From: an uncultured Verrucomicrobiae bacterium
GTDB lineage: Bacteria > Verrucomicrobiota > Verrucomicrobiia > Limisphaerales > UBA11358
Direction of reading: 5' to 3'
NCBI GenBank assembly: GCA_963762585.1
Contig: CAVXLF010000008.1
Span: 80,010-144,009, forward strand
DNA: 64,000 nucleotides
Part shown: positions 16,161 through 24,800 of the stretch, in pieces
Position numbering within the stretch: position 1 is the first letter of the stretch
Layout: the number at the start of each line of letters is the position of its first letter
Position numbers and translations under genes: made by a program
The notes under the pieces: generated by a model
What the model saw: the letters and a program-made list of their open reading frames with translations, nothing else
Told to the model about the DNA's origin: nothing
Database searches by the model: none

Positions 16161-17684
16161 TTATGGCACCGCCGCAACCTGCTGCTGCGACTGGTAAAGC
16201 AATGCGACTTCATTGCTGGAAAGCGCGCGGTTCCACATCATGGGCTCGTCAATCAGGCCGCGAAAGGATGAACCCAGGTCATCCTCCGTCAAATTGGAAC
16301 GGTTGCAACCAATCACCAGGTTGAAATTGTTGGCTCCCACCCGCCCCGGCTGTTCCCAACGCATGCTGGCTTGAGGCTGGCCATCGACGTAGAGCCATTC
16401 CTCGTTCCCATCACAGGTGGTGACAATCTGATGCCATTGCCCGTCGGCCACCTTGGTCTTCGACAAAATGAAGTGTGTTCCCGGCCCGATCTCGATGCTC
16501 GCCAGGCCGCGCCAATTGTTTTTCTGATAATCGCCCGCAACACTGAGGGCGAAGCCCAGGGTGTAGGATTTGTCGAAAATGCGCCGCCACTTGGCATCCG
16601 TGTAGGCGGTCTTGATCCAGGCTGCCAGGGTCAGTTGTTTGGGATTCAGCGACTTGTTGTTCGCGATCACAATCTCGTCGCCGTCGGAGGTGAATTCATA
16701 CGCCCCGCCCCGCCGGCCATCGGCCGTCCAGCGTACCCCGGCGGCCACGCCATGGTTTTCCTGGCCGCTGCCGTCGGTGATTTGGCCACCCTTGATTTTG
16801 CCGCTGCTGTCCGAAATCACGCCGTGGATCGCCTCGTCCTGGTCGAAGGTCATGTCCAGCACCAGCCCCTCGCGCAGGCTTTGCGCCGTGACGGGCGCAT
16901 GGGCCCGGGCATGTTTGATTTTTGCCGTGGAAACGGAGACGACAACAATGGCGAGAATGACCGCCGCGATGATGATGGTGGTTTTTTTCATAAGCATGGT
17001 TTTGATCAGGGTGGATGCGAGGCTGAAAGCGCTCGAACCCGCCGCCCCGGCGAGCGCCGCCGTGCTCACGGTCGCCGCCAGGCCCGCCGGCGCCGCCTGG
17101 ACGGCATTGGCGGCAATCATCGAAACCATCGCGGTGGAGGAAGCAACCATGCCCCGGCGGACAAAATGGGATCGAAGCTTTTCCACCGCCCGGCTGACGC
17201 GTTTTTGGGCCGCATCCTCATTGCTGCCCAACGCCTCACCAATGGCGCGGAGGTCGCGATGTTCGAAAAAGCGCAGGACAATCGCCGCGCGATCGCGGGC
17301 GTCCAGCTGGTTGATGGCGTCGTCCAAAATGGGAGCAATCTGCTCAAAGCTGGTCTCGGCACAGTCCGATAGTGTGTTCATTTCAGCGGCCTCTCTTTCA
17401 CGGTGTTGCCGGCGGCGCTCGTTTCGCATGAGCGTGGTGGCCACATGCCACGTGCGCCGGTGCAGCCAGCCGCCGAGCATGACATCCTGGGAAAGCGTCC
17501 CTGCCAGCCGCGCCAGATCCGCGAACACCGTCTGCGCCACATCTTCGGCCCGGTGCGTGTCCCCATTGACCAGCCGAACGGCTGTCGAATAGACCAGATT
17601 GATGTAGCTCGCGACCAGTTCGCGAAACGCCTGTTCCGAACCGTTGGCGACATAGTCTGCAAGCAATGTCCGAGGTTCCGTCAT
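16161..17684 (-). CDS. ECF-type sigma-70 family factor fused to a TM segment and a LamG (Laminin_G_3 / concanavalin-A-like) domain (paralogue 4)
   Basis: 'FRELVASYINLVYSTAVRL', 'LDARDRAAIVLRFFEHRDLRAIGEALGSNEDAAQKRVSRAVEKLR'. TM 'TTIIIAAVILAIVVVSV'. LamG pattern 'LTLAAWIK...DGQWHQIVTTCDGNEEWLYVDGQ...FRGLIDEPMMWNRALSSNEVALLY'. Confidence 0.85.
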   Translation of the reverse strand: MTEPRTLLADYVANGSEQAFRELVASYINLVYSTAVRLVNGDTHRAEDVAQTVFADLARLAGTLSQDVMLGGWLHRRTWHVATTLMRNERRRQHREREAAEMNTLSDCAETSFEQIAPILDDAINQLDARDRAAIVLRFFEHRDLRAIGEALGSNEDAAQKRVSRAVEKLRSHFVRRGMVASSTAMVSMIAANAVQAAPAGLAATVSTAALAGAAGSSAFSLASTLIKTMLMKKTTIIIAAVILAIVVVSVSTAKIKHARAHAPVTAQSLREGLVLDMTFDQDEAIHGVISDSSGKIKGGQITDGSGQENHGVAAGVRWTADGRRGGAYEFTSDGDEIVIANNKSLNPKQLTLAAWIKTAYTDAKWRRIFDKSYTLGFALSVAGDYQKNNWRGLASIEIGPGTHFILSKTKVADGQWHQIVTTCDGNEEWLYVDGQPQASMRWEQPGRVGANNFNLVIGCNRSNLTEDDLGSSFRGLIDEPMMWNRALSSNEVALLYQSQQQVAAVP

Positions 17685-17693
17685 TGATCATCA

Positions 17694-17724
17694 GTAAAGC
17701 GCCGCCGGCCGGCAAATCCGACAA
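17694..17724 (-). promoter_or_regulatory. 31-nt promoter-like element upstream of sigma paralogue 4 (copy A)
   Basis: Gene-sense 'TTGTCGGATTTGCCGGCCGGCGGCGCTTTAC' ends 9 nt before the ATG at 17684. It matches 33587-33617 at 30 of 31 positions. Confidence 0.55.
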
Positions 17725-17865
17725 AAATAACCGGCGGATATTTCCCGAGTTATAAGGCGCCCGGAAGACCAAATGCAGCGGGCTAATCACGGCGCAGGCA
17801 GTTCGGCGGCGGCTTCGTTTCCTTTTTGCAAAAATCCGCCGATATCAACCCTGGCCGGGCGCAAA

Positions 17866-19131
17866 CTATTCGTATCTGAGCGACTCAATCGGGTCCAGGT
17901 TCGCCGCCTTGTAGGCCGGGTAGGTTCCAAAAACAATTCCGACCACCGAGCAAATCAACAGCCCCAGCACAATCCAGTCAAACGGGATGGTGGGTGGCAC
18001 TTTCATGTACCAGGCCAGGAGGTTGCCGCCCAGGATGCCCAGCACGACGCCGATGACGCCGCCGACTTCGCAGAGCACCACGGCTTCCATGATGAACTGG
18101 CCCATGATATTCCGGCGCTTGGCGCCGACGGCGCGGCGTACGCCGATTTCGCGCGTCCGTTCCGTGACCGAGACCAGCATGATGTTCATGATGCCGATGC
18201 CCGCCGCAATGAGCGCGATGGAACTGACAATCGCCACGCCCACCCGGACGGCGCGGGTGAACGTTTTAAATTGTTCGATGAGCGAATTGTTGGAAAACAG
18301 TTCGAAGTCATCCGGCGCGCCCGGCGGGACCTTGCGCACCGCCCGCAGGATGCCGCGCACCTGTTCAATGCAATCGTCATAGGTGGCGCCATCGCGCGCC
18401 TGCACCAGGATTGTCATATCGTCCCACCAGCGGCCGTAGCGGTTGAGCGCGGTGGTGATGGGGATGATGGCAAAATCGTCCTGCTGCCCGCCCAACGACG
18501 CCCCCTTGGTGGCGAGCACGCCGACGACCTGGTATTTGTAGCCGTTGATTTTAATCGGTTCGCCCACGGCTGCGCCAAAGGGGAAAACCGTTTTGGCCAG
18601 CGCGCTGCCCAGCACACAAACATCGCGGGCGTTGTCCACGTCGTCGGCTGTAAGGACGCGACCGTCGTCGATGTCCCAGTTGCGCGCGGCGAAACTGCCC
18701 GGGGTTTCACCATACAGGCGGGTGCTGGGCGCCGTCTGGGCGTAACGGGTCTGGACCTGTCCGCGCCAGAAATCGCCCTCGATGCCCACGTTGGCGGCCA
18801 GCGTGGCCTTCTCCTCCACCTGCCGGCTTTCTTCGAGGGTGATGTATTTGCGCCGCCAGTATTTTTGCCAGTCCGCGTTGTTGCCGAACTGGACTTCCGG
18901 CCAGCGCTGAATGGCAAAGGTCTGGCTGCCCAACCGGCTCATCCAGTTTTCAGTGTTCCGTTCCAGCACCCGCATCGCCGTCATCACGACGATGATGGAA
19001 AACACGCCAATCAGCACGCCGAGCAGGGTGAGCGCCGAACGCAGCTTGTGCGCCGCCAGCGCATTCATCGCCATGGAGAAGCTTTCGTGGACCTCGGCGA
19101 GGATTAACGTGGCTGCCGGTTTTGTTCTCAT
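17866..19131 (-). CDS. ABC transporter permease, MacB/FtsX family (second permease of the operon)
   Basis: N-terminal TM 'LRSALTLLGVLIGVFSIIVVMTAM'. Large periplasmic domain. FtsX-type C-terminus 'ERTREIGVRRAVGAKRRNIMGQFIMEAVVL...GTYPAYKAANLDPIESLRYE'. Confidence 0.9.
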   Translation of the reverse strand: MRTKPAATLILAEVHESFSMAMNALAAHKLRSALTLLGVLIGVFSIIVVMTAMRVLERNTENWMSRLGSQTFAIQRWPEVQFGNNADWQKYWRRKYITLEESRQVEEKATLAANVGIEGDFWRGQVQTRYAQTAPSTRLYGETPGSFAARNWDIDDGRVLTADDVDNARDVCVLGSALAKTVFPFGAAVGEPIKINGYKYQVVGVLATKGASLGGQQDDFAIIPITTALNRYGRWWDDMTILVQARDGATYDDCIEQVRGILRAVRKVPPGAPDDFELFSNNSLIEQFKTFTRAVRVGVAIVSSIALIAAGIGIMNIMLVSVTERTREIGVRRAVGAKRRNIMGQFIMEAVVLCEVGGVIGVVLGILGGNLLAWYMKVPPTIPFDWIVLGLLICSVVGIVFGTYPAYKAANLDPIESLRYE

Positions 19132-19150
19132 TGACCTGGGCTAATTGATC

Positions 19151-19199
19151 CGTGATGCGTAAAACGTGAAACGTGATCCGTAATGTGTGACGTGTAAAT
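19151..19199. repeat. seven CGTGAAA-type heptamers, distal flank of the four-helix-bundle gene
   Basis: Units: CGTGATG CGTAAAA CGTGAAA CGTGATC CGTAATG TGTGACG TGTAAAT. Confidence 0.7.
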
Positions 19200-19205
19200 G
19201 CATGG

Positions 19206-19715
19206 CTAAACCAGAGGAATGTTTTGGAGCGATTGCGCCAGTGCATCGGGATCGAAAGGTGAATCTGTGTCTGGTGGAGTCACAGGAATTCGGTAGGGTA
19301 GGCTGTCTTCGCGGAGGAGGGAGCCGCGCTGATCTGGTACCATCGTGAGCAACAGGCGGATGATTTGGCTCACAAGTCGAATCCTATGTTCGGCGACCTT
19401 TATGCCGAGCACATGCCGGCCTTTGTAAAACCAGTCACGGCTTTCGCGCGCGGAGCCAAGGCCATATTCATAAAACCGGGCGCGATCTTTGCCAGTACCC
19501 CGTGAATAGCCCTCGGCCACGTTTGCTCCGATGGACCCAATAGCCCGGTAAAGCTGGTCGGAAAGTCCGAGCGTGCGCTTGTCTTTCATCAATTTGCTCA
19601 CGTCATGCCAGCCCAGTTCCGTTGCGAACAGTGCCAGGCGATAGGCCTCAACTTTCCAAAGTGAATCATCTGTTATCTCCACGGGCACCGACTTTAACCA
19701 TTCATCATAATTCAT
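19206..19715 (-). CDS. four-helix-bundle protein (23S rRNA intervening-sequence protein family, TIGR02436-like)
   Basis: 'EAYRLALFATELGWHDVSKLMKDKRTLGLSDQLYRAIGSIGANVAEGYSRGTGKDRARFYEYGLGSARESRDWFYKGRHV'. Start taken at 'MNYDEW'; the ORF track starts at an upstream GTG at 19733. Confidence 0.8.
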   Translation of the reverse strand: MNYDEWLKSVPVEITDDSLWKVEAYRLALFATELGWHDVSKLMKDKRTLGLSDQLYRAIGSIGANVAEGYSRGTGKDRARFYEYGLGSARESRDWFYKGRHVLGIKVAEHRIRLVSQIIRLLLTMVPDQRGSLLREDSLPYRIPVTPPDTDSPFDPDALAQSLQNIPLV

Positions 19716-19727
19716 AACCAACCCCAT

Positions 19728-19755
19728 TCTCACGTTTCACGCATCACGTTTCACG
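19728..19755. repeat. four TTTCACG-type heptamers, proximal flank of the four-helix-bundle gene, inverted relative to 19151-19199
   Basis: Units TCTCACG TTTCACG CATCACG TTTCACG. The reverse complement is CGTGAAA CGTGATG CGTGAAA CGTGAGA. It matches units 1-3 of the other flank at 19 of 21 positions. Confidence 0.7.
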
Positions 19756-19757
19756 CC

Positions 19758-20996
19758 TCATTCACTCCTCAACGCCTCCACCGGGTCCATCCGCGCCGCG
19801 CGCCAGGCCGGCAGGAAACCGGAAATCACCCCGGTCAGCAACGACACCAGCAGGGACAGGGCGACAATGATCCCGGACAAGGATGCCGGAAACAGCCAGG
19901 CCGAAACCGCGAGCGTGACCAGCCAGGCGATGCCCAGACCGATCAACCCGCCCAACAGGCAGATGCAGGCGGCCTCGACCAGAAAATGCAGCAGGATGTT
20001 GCGGCGTTTGGCCCCAATGGCCTTGCGCACGCCGATCTCGCGTGTCCGCTCGACCACCGAGACGAACATGATGTTCATGATGCCGATGCCGCCAACGAAC
20101 AGCGCCAGGCTGGTGACGCACATACCGATGATGGCAATGGTGCGGGTTTCGCGGTGGAACATGTCCACGAACTGGTCCTGCTGGTTGATGGCAAAGTTGT
20201 CCAGTTCATCGGGCTTCAGGTGGCGGACGTGGCGCATGGCCTGGCGCAATTCCTCCCGGGCCTCGTCCAGTTGCGCCAGCCCGCCGGCCTTGATGTTGAT
20301 CTGGTCAATGCTGGGTGCGTTCCAGATGTCCGCCAAAAATTCCCGGATGGGAATAATCACCCGGTTGTCCAGGCTCCAACCGAGGATGGACCCCTGTTTA
20401 TCGAGCACGCCAATGACCTCAAAGGACTGGTCACTGACCTTGATCCGCGCCCCGATGGGCGGTTCTCCGCGAAAAAGGTTGGTGGCGACATCGCTGCCGA
20501 TGACGCAGACCGGCTGTCCGCCCTCGGCATCCGCGGCGGTCAAAAACCGTCCCCGGGCCACGGTCACACCGCTGGTTTCCAGATAAGCCTCGGTGGTGCC
20601 GATGATTTGAACGAGGTTGGCGCTGCGCGTCCGGTATTTCACCGCTTCAAAGTCGTCGACCTCGGGCGCCACGGCGGCGGCCAGGGCCAGTTGCCGGGAC
20701 AACGCCTCGGCCTCCGGGAGCCGGATGGGCGGGCGCCGCCGCTGGAGTTTAATCCAGTTGTCGTAGGAATCGTTGCTCCACCAGGAACTGCGCGAAACAT
20801 AAAACACATCCGCGCCCAGTGCCGAGATGCTTTTCATGAACGCCTGGTCCAATCCATGAATGGTCGCGCCCATGAGGGTGACGGTGAGGATGCCGATGAC
20901 GATGCCGAGGGTGGCGAGCATCGAGCGCATTTTATTCGCGCGGATGGCATCCCACGAAATGCCCAGGCCCTCGTGAATTTCGCTGAGAAATTTCAT
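19758..20996 (-). CDS. ABC transporter permease, MacB/FtsX family (first permease)
   Basis: Start at 'MKFLSEIHEGLGISWDAIRANKMRS'. C-terminus 'ERTREIGVRKAIGAKRRNILLHFLVEAACI...GFLPAWRAARMDPVEALRSE'. The upstream ORF extension lies inside a repeat. Confidence 0.9.
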   Translation of the reverse strand: MKFLSEIHEGLGISWDAIRANKMRSMLATLGIVIGILTVTLMGATIHGLDQAFMKSISALGADVFYVSRSSWWSNDSYDNWIKLQRRRPPIRLPEAEALSRQLALAAAVAPEVDDFEAVKYRTRSANLVQIIGTTEAYLETSGVTVARGRFLTAADAEGGQPVCVIGSDVATNLFRGEPPIGARIKVSDQSFEVIGVLDKQGSILGWSLDNRVIIPIREFLADIWNAPSIDQINIKAGGLAQLDEAREELRQAMRHVRHLKPDELDNFAINQQDQFVDMFHRETRTIAIIGMCVTSLALFVGGIGIMNIMFVSVVERTREIGVRKAIGAKRRNILLHFLVEAACICLLGGLIGLGIAWLVTLAVSAWLFPASLSGIIVALSLLVSLLTGVISGFLPAWRAARMDPVEALRSE

Positions 20997-21004
20997 CCGA
21001 GGAA

Positions 21005-21098
21005 AACATCGAACATCCAACATCCAACATCCAATGCCCAATGCGTGGTGGTTGGGCCTGAGTTCGTTGGATGTTCGGCGTTCGATGTTGGTTGTTGG
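21005..21098. repeat. about 95-nt imperfect palindrome built from AACATCC heptamers, between the ATPase and permease genes
   Basis: Left arm: AACATCG AACATCC AACATCC AACATCC AATGCCC. Right arm reverse complement: GAACATC CAACAAC CAACATC GAACGCC GAACATC CAACGAA. Confidence 0.75.
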
Positions 21099-21102
21099 AT
21101 GT

Positions 21103-21789
21103 TCATTTCACCGGTTTCTCGTCGCTGGCGATCAGGCCGTCGCGGATGCGGAGGATGCGGCGCGCCTGCCGGGCAATGTCCTCCTCGTGCGTGACGATGA
21201 TGATGGTGTTGCCTTTGCGTGAAAGATCATCGAACAAGGCCATGATTTCCGCGCCGGTCTTGGAGTCGAGGTTGCCGGTCGGTTCGTCAGCCAGCAGGAT
21301 GGAAGGTTTGTTGACAAGCGCGCGGGCGACGGCGACGCGCTGGCGCTGGCCGCCGGAAAGTTCGTTGGGTTTGTGATGAATGCGATCGGACAGGCCAACC
21401 TGGGCGAGCGCATCGAGCGCGATCTGACGGCGCTCCGCCGCCGGGACGCCGGCGTAAATGAGGGGCAGCTCGACGTTGTGCAGCGCGTTCGAGCGCGCCA
21501 GCAGATTGAAGGTCTGGAACACAAAACCGATCTCGCGGTTGCGGATTTCCGCCAGCTGGTTGTCGTCCATCTCGCTGACCTGGGCGCCGTTGAGTTCGTA
21601 ACCGCCGGAGGTCGGGGTATCGAGACAGCCGATGAGATTCATCAAGGTGGATTTGCCCGAACCGGACGGACCCATGATGGCGACGTATTCGCCGCGCTGG
21701 ATTTCGAGCGACACGTCGCGCAGCGCGTGGACGGTTTCCGCGCTCATCTGGTAGCGCCGCGAAATGTTCTGGAACCGGATGAGTGCCAC
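21103..21789 (-). CDS. ABC transporter ATP-binding protein (MacB/LolD type)
   Basis: Walker A '[12 protein letters not shown]'. Signature '[15 protein letters not shown]'. Walker B '[12 protein letters not shown]'. Confidence 0.95.
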   Translation of the reverse strand: MALIRFQNISRRYQMSAETVHALRDVSLEIQRGEYVAIMGPSGSGKSTLMNLIGCLDTPTSGGYELNGAQVSEMDDNQLAEIRNREIGFVFQTFNLLARSNALHNVELPLIYAGVPAAERRQIALDALAQVGLSDRIHHKPNELSGGQRQRVAVARALVNKPSILLADEPTGNLDSKTGAEIMALFDDLSRKGNTIIIVTHEEDIARQARRILRIRDGLIASDEKPVK

Positions 21790-21791
21790 GG

Positions 21792-23162
21792 TTAGTTTCC
21801 CGACACCTCGGCCGCCGGAGCGCCCTTGTGAATCTTCGAGCCATCCTGGAGATCGCGGCTGATGGCGCGGTACCCGCCGGAGATGACTTCCTCGCCGTTG
21901 GTGAGGCCGTCGGTGATTTCCCAGTAATTGTCGTCGCAGATGCCGATTTTCACCGGCACGACTTCCACGTGGTCACCCTTCACCACAAACACCACGTCCA
22001 TCGGCTTGGCCGATTCCTTGTCTTTCGAGACCGACGCAACAACGTTCGTACCCGCCGCGCCATTGGTGCCCGCTGCGGCGGTGACATTCGTGGAAGCGGT
22101 GGAATTGGTTCCGCCGGTTTTGGGTGGATCCATTTTCTTTGGCGTAACCGGGCGGGTGGTGACGCTGGCGAGCGGGACGGTGAGCACATTGGTGCGATAA
22201 CTGGTTTCAATGTCGGCGCTGACGGACATGCCGGGCCGGAAGTCTTCCTTGTCACTTAACCGGATGCGCACTTGAAACTTGGTTGCCTCCTGCGACTGGC
22301 CGTTGCCGCCGGAATTGCCGGCCGGCAGGTTGCTGTCCTTCGAGGAACTGGCGACATCTGTCACCACGCCGTTGAATTTGCGATCCTTGAAGGCGTCCAC
22401 CTCCAGGCGTGCCTTCTGGCCGGGAGTAATACCCACCACATCCATTTCGCCCACGTCCACCTGCGCCTCCATCTGGTTCAAATCCGAGATGACCAGGATT
22501 TCAGTCCCGGCAAATTGCGCGGTGCCCAGAACCCGCTCGCCGAGCTGCGAGTTCAATTTGCTGATGGTGCCGTTGAGCGGCGAAATAATCGTCGTTTTGT
22601 TCAGCGAATCCTCGGCACTATCCTCGAGCGCCTTGGCGACGTTCACTTGGTCATCGGCACTGTCGAGTTGTGCCTTGGCCACATTCCGGGCGGATTTGAA
22701 ACCGATGAAATCCGATGCGGAAAGCAGCTTGCGGTTGAACAACTCCAGGTTGCGGTCATAGTCCGCCTCGGCTTTTTCCAGGTTTGCCGTGGCCGAATCC
22801 CTGGCGGCAAGCGAGGATTCGTAACCCGCCTTCGCCTGGTTGAGCGCGGCCGTGTAAATGTCCGGGTTGATCTTCACCAGCAAATCACCTTTTTTGACCT
22901 GCTGCCCTTCCTTGACCGGCAAATCGATGATTTCGCCGCTGACCTCGGGGCTGATGGTGACCTGGATGACGGGCTGAATCTTGCCATTGGCAATGACGAT
23001 GTTGGTAAGGCTGTGGAGCGAGACCTTTTCCGTCTGGACGGTAATGGCCGGTTGGCGTTTTTTGAAGACGGCCAGCAGCACCAACGCGACCAGCACCAGC
23101 CCGATGACCGCGAAAATGATGAGCTTCCGGCGTTTTTTGGATTTGGCCATGATATTTGTCAT
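21792..23162 (-). CDS. efflux periplasmic adaptor subunit (HlyD/MacA family)
   Basis: N-terminal TM '[20 protein letters not shown]'. Lipoyl/barrel motifs '[27 protein letters not shown]' and '[13 protein letters not shown]'. Its stop overlaps the ATPase start region. Confidence 0.9.
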   Translation of the reverse strand: MTNIMAKSKKRRKLIIFAVIGLVLVALVLLAVFKKRQPAITVQTEKVSLHSLTNIVIANGKIQPVIQVTISPEVSGEIIDLPVKEGQQVKKGDLLVKINPDIYTAALNQAKAGYESSLAARDSATANLEKAEADYDRNLELFNRKLLSASDFIGFKSARNVAKAQLDSADDQVNVAKALEDSAEDSLNKTTIISPLNGTISKLNSQLGERVLGTAQFAGTEILVISDLNQMEAQVDVGEMDVVGITPGQKARLEVDAFKDRKFNGVVTDVASSSKDSNLPAGNSGGNGQSQEATKFQVRIRLSDKEDFRPGMSVSADIETSYRTNVLTVPLASVTTRPVTPKKMDPPKTGGTNSTASTNVTAAAGTNGAAGTNVVASVSKDKESAKPMDVVFVVKGDHVEVVPVKIGICDDNYWEITDGLTNGEEVISGGYRAISRDLQDGSKIHKGAPAAEVSGN

Positions 23163-23736
23163 TAAAAAGACACTGGCGACGTGAATTCGTTCCGTAAAAT
23201 CAAAATTGTCGGGTGAGTTTCATAAGGCCCACTGTCCCAGCCCGATGGCAATAAGCAACGATTCCATCAACACCCAAAAACCTCCCGGCCAGCGACATCG
23301 TGGGTGCCGGCGGTTCGATGGACGGCGCTTCAACGGTGGGTGGAATGGGTTCCATATGGTCAACAGGACTTATCCGTTACTTAGGCAAAAAACAGCCAAA
23401 GTTACAAGCAAAGTCGGCAATTGTTTGCGGGTTGAAATTGGCCGGCTGACCGTAAACGCCTGCCAATGATGCTGGGAATACATGAAATCAGAAGAACGAG
23501 TTCCTGCGTTCTCGCCTTCCTTATTCAATACACCAACACCCGCACCACCATTCTTGTAGGAGTCGAGGTTACGAGACTCGTTTGATCATAGACTTCTCAC
23601 GTCGTCTCCTGCTCAATAAACAAGGACGGGCAATTTGCAGATGAAACACGCGGACGAGCCGCCCGCGTTCCTTAAATCCAGACACAGCCAGACAATTGGT
23701 TTCTACAAGAAATCATGCAACGGTCGCCGACCGCCG

Positions 23737-24741
23737 TTACATGCCTGAGTCCAGCCGTTTGTCCGGCACCAGATAATTGCGGACGTAATCGCCCACGGCA
23801 TCTTCAAGCGGGGTCACGGGCGCAGTGTAGCCGGCGGCGCGCAACCGCGCCAGGTTCGCCTCCGTGAAATACTGGTATTTATCACGAATGTTCCCGTGCA
23901 TCTCGATGAATTCGATTTTCGGTTCGCGCTTCAAGGCGGTAAAAACCGCCCGCGCCAGATCCAGCCACGTCCGCGCCGCACCGCTGCCGATGTTAAACAG
24001 GCCGTTCGCCTTTTCGCTGGCGGCCAGGTGCAGCGTCATGGCGACGGCGTCTTTCACATAAAGAAAATCGCGCTTCTGCTCGCCATCGCGGTAATCCGGG
24101 CGATAGCTTTTGAACAGCCGGATGACCCCTTCCGTTTGCACCTGCGCAAAACTTTTATGGACGACCGAGCGCATGTCGCCCTTGTGATCCTCGTTCGGGC
24201 CAAAAACATTGAAATACTTCAGCCCGACGATGCGGTTTAAGAATCCGGCGCGCCGGGCGTGCAAATCGAACAGGTGCTTCGAGTAGCCGTACATGTTCAG
24301 CGGGCGCAGGGCGTTGAGTTTGGAATCATCGTCTTCCATGCCCGCCGCACCGTCACCGTAGGTCGCGGCGGAAGAGGCATAGACAAAACGTGTCTTCTGG
24401 CCGAGCGCCCACGCCGCCAGATCCTTGGTGAATTCGTAATTATTGCGGACCAGATAACCCGCGTCGCGCTCGGTGGTGGCTGAGCAGGCGCCCAGATGCA
24501 GCACGAAATCAAATTTTCCCAGGCCGCCGTTTTGCAGTCGGGGGAGCAATTCGTCGGCCTCGACATAATTGGCGAAGCGCAACGGCGTGAGATTGCGCCA
24601 TTTTTCGTCCTGGCCAAGGCGGTCGCAAACCACGATGTGTTCGCAGCCGCGGCGGTTCAGCGCCCAGACCAGCGCGCTGCCAATGAAGCCCGCGCCGCCG
24701 GTGACCAGCACCCGCGCGTCGGAGAAATCATTTGGTTTCAT
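23737..24741 (-). CDS. hldD: ADP-L-glycero-D-manno-heptose 6-epimerase
   Basis: 'VLVTGGAGFIGSALVWAL', 'YGYSKHLFD', 'FNVFGPNEDHKGDMRSVV', 'RDFLYVKD'. Confidence 0.85.
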   Translation of the reverse strand: MKPNDFSDARVLVTGGAGFIGSALVWALNRRGCEHIVVCDRLGQDEKWRNLTPLRFANYVEADELLPRLQNGGLGKFDFVLHLGACSATTERDAGYLVRNNYEFTKDLAAWALGQKTRFVYASSAATYGDGAAGMEDDDSKLNALRPLNMYGYSKHLFDLHARRAGFLNRIVGLKYFNVFGPNEDHKGDMRSVVHKSFAQVQTEGVIRLFKSYRPDYRDGEQKRDFLYVKDAVAMTLHLAASEKANGLFNIGSGAARTWLDLARAVFTALKREPKIEFIEMHGNIRDKYQYFTEANLARLRAAGYTAPVTPLEDAVGDYVRNYLVPDKRLDSGM

Positions 24742-24800
24742 ATTTTACTGCCGGCCCATCGAGCATGGTATGAATCCGTTGGGAATTCAAGCGCAACGGG

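Noticed and set aside
19151-21098. Whether the short tandem repeats could be CRISPR arrays.
   Set aside because: The units are 7 nt and directly abutting with no spacers. There are no 24-40 nt repeats and no cas genes anywhere in the window.
23206-23469. An 87-aa plus-strand ORF in the 570-nt gap upstream of macA. Also a partial palindrome 'GTAGGAGTCGAGGTTACGAGACTCG...CGTCGTCTCCTGC' at about 23556-23612.
   Set aside because: The ORF has no start context or motif and lies opposite the expected promoter region of the efflux operon. The palindrome is short and imperfect, so I cannot distinguish it from chance without a genome-wide copy count.
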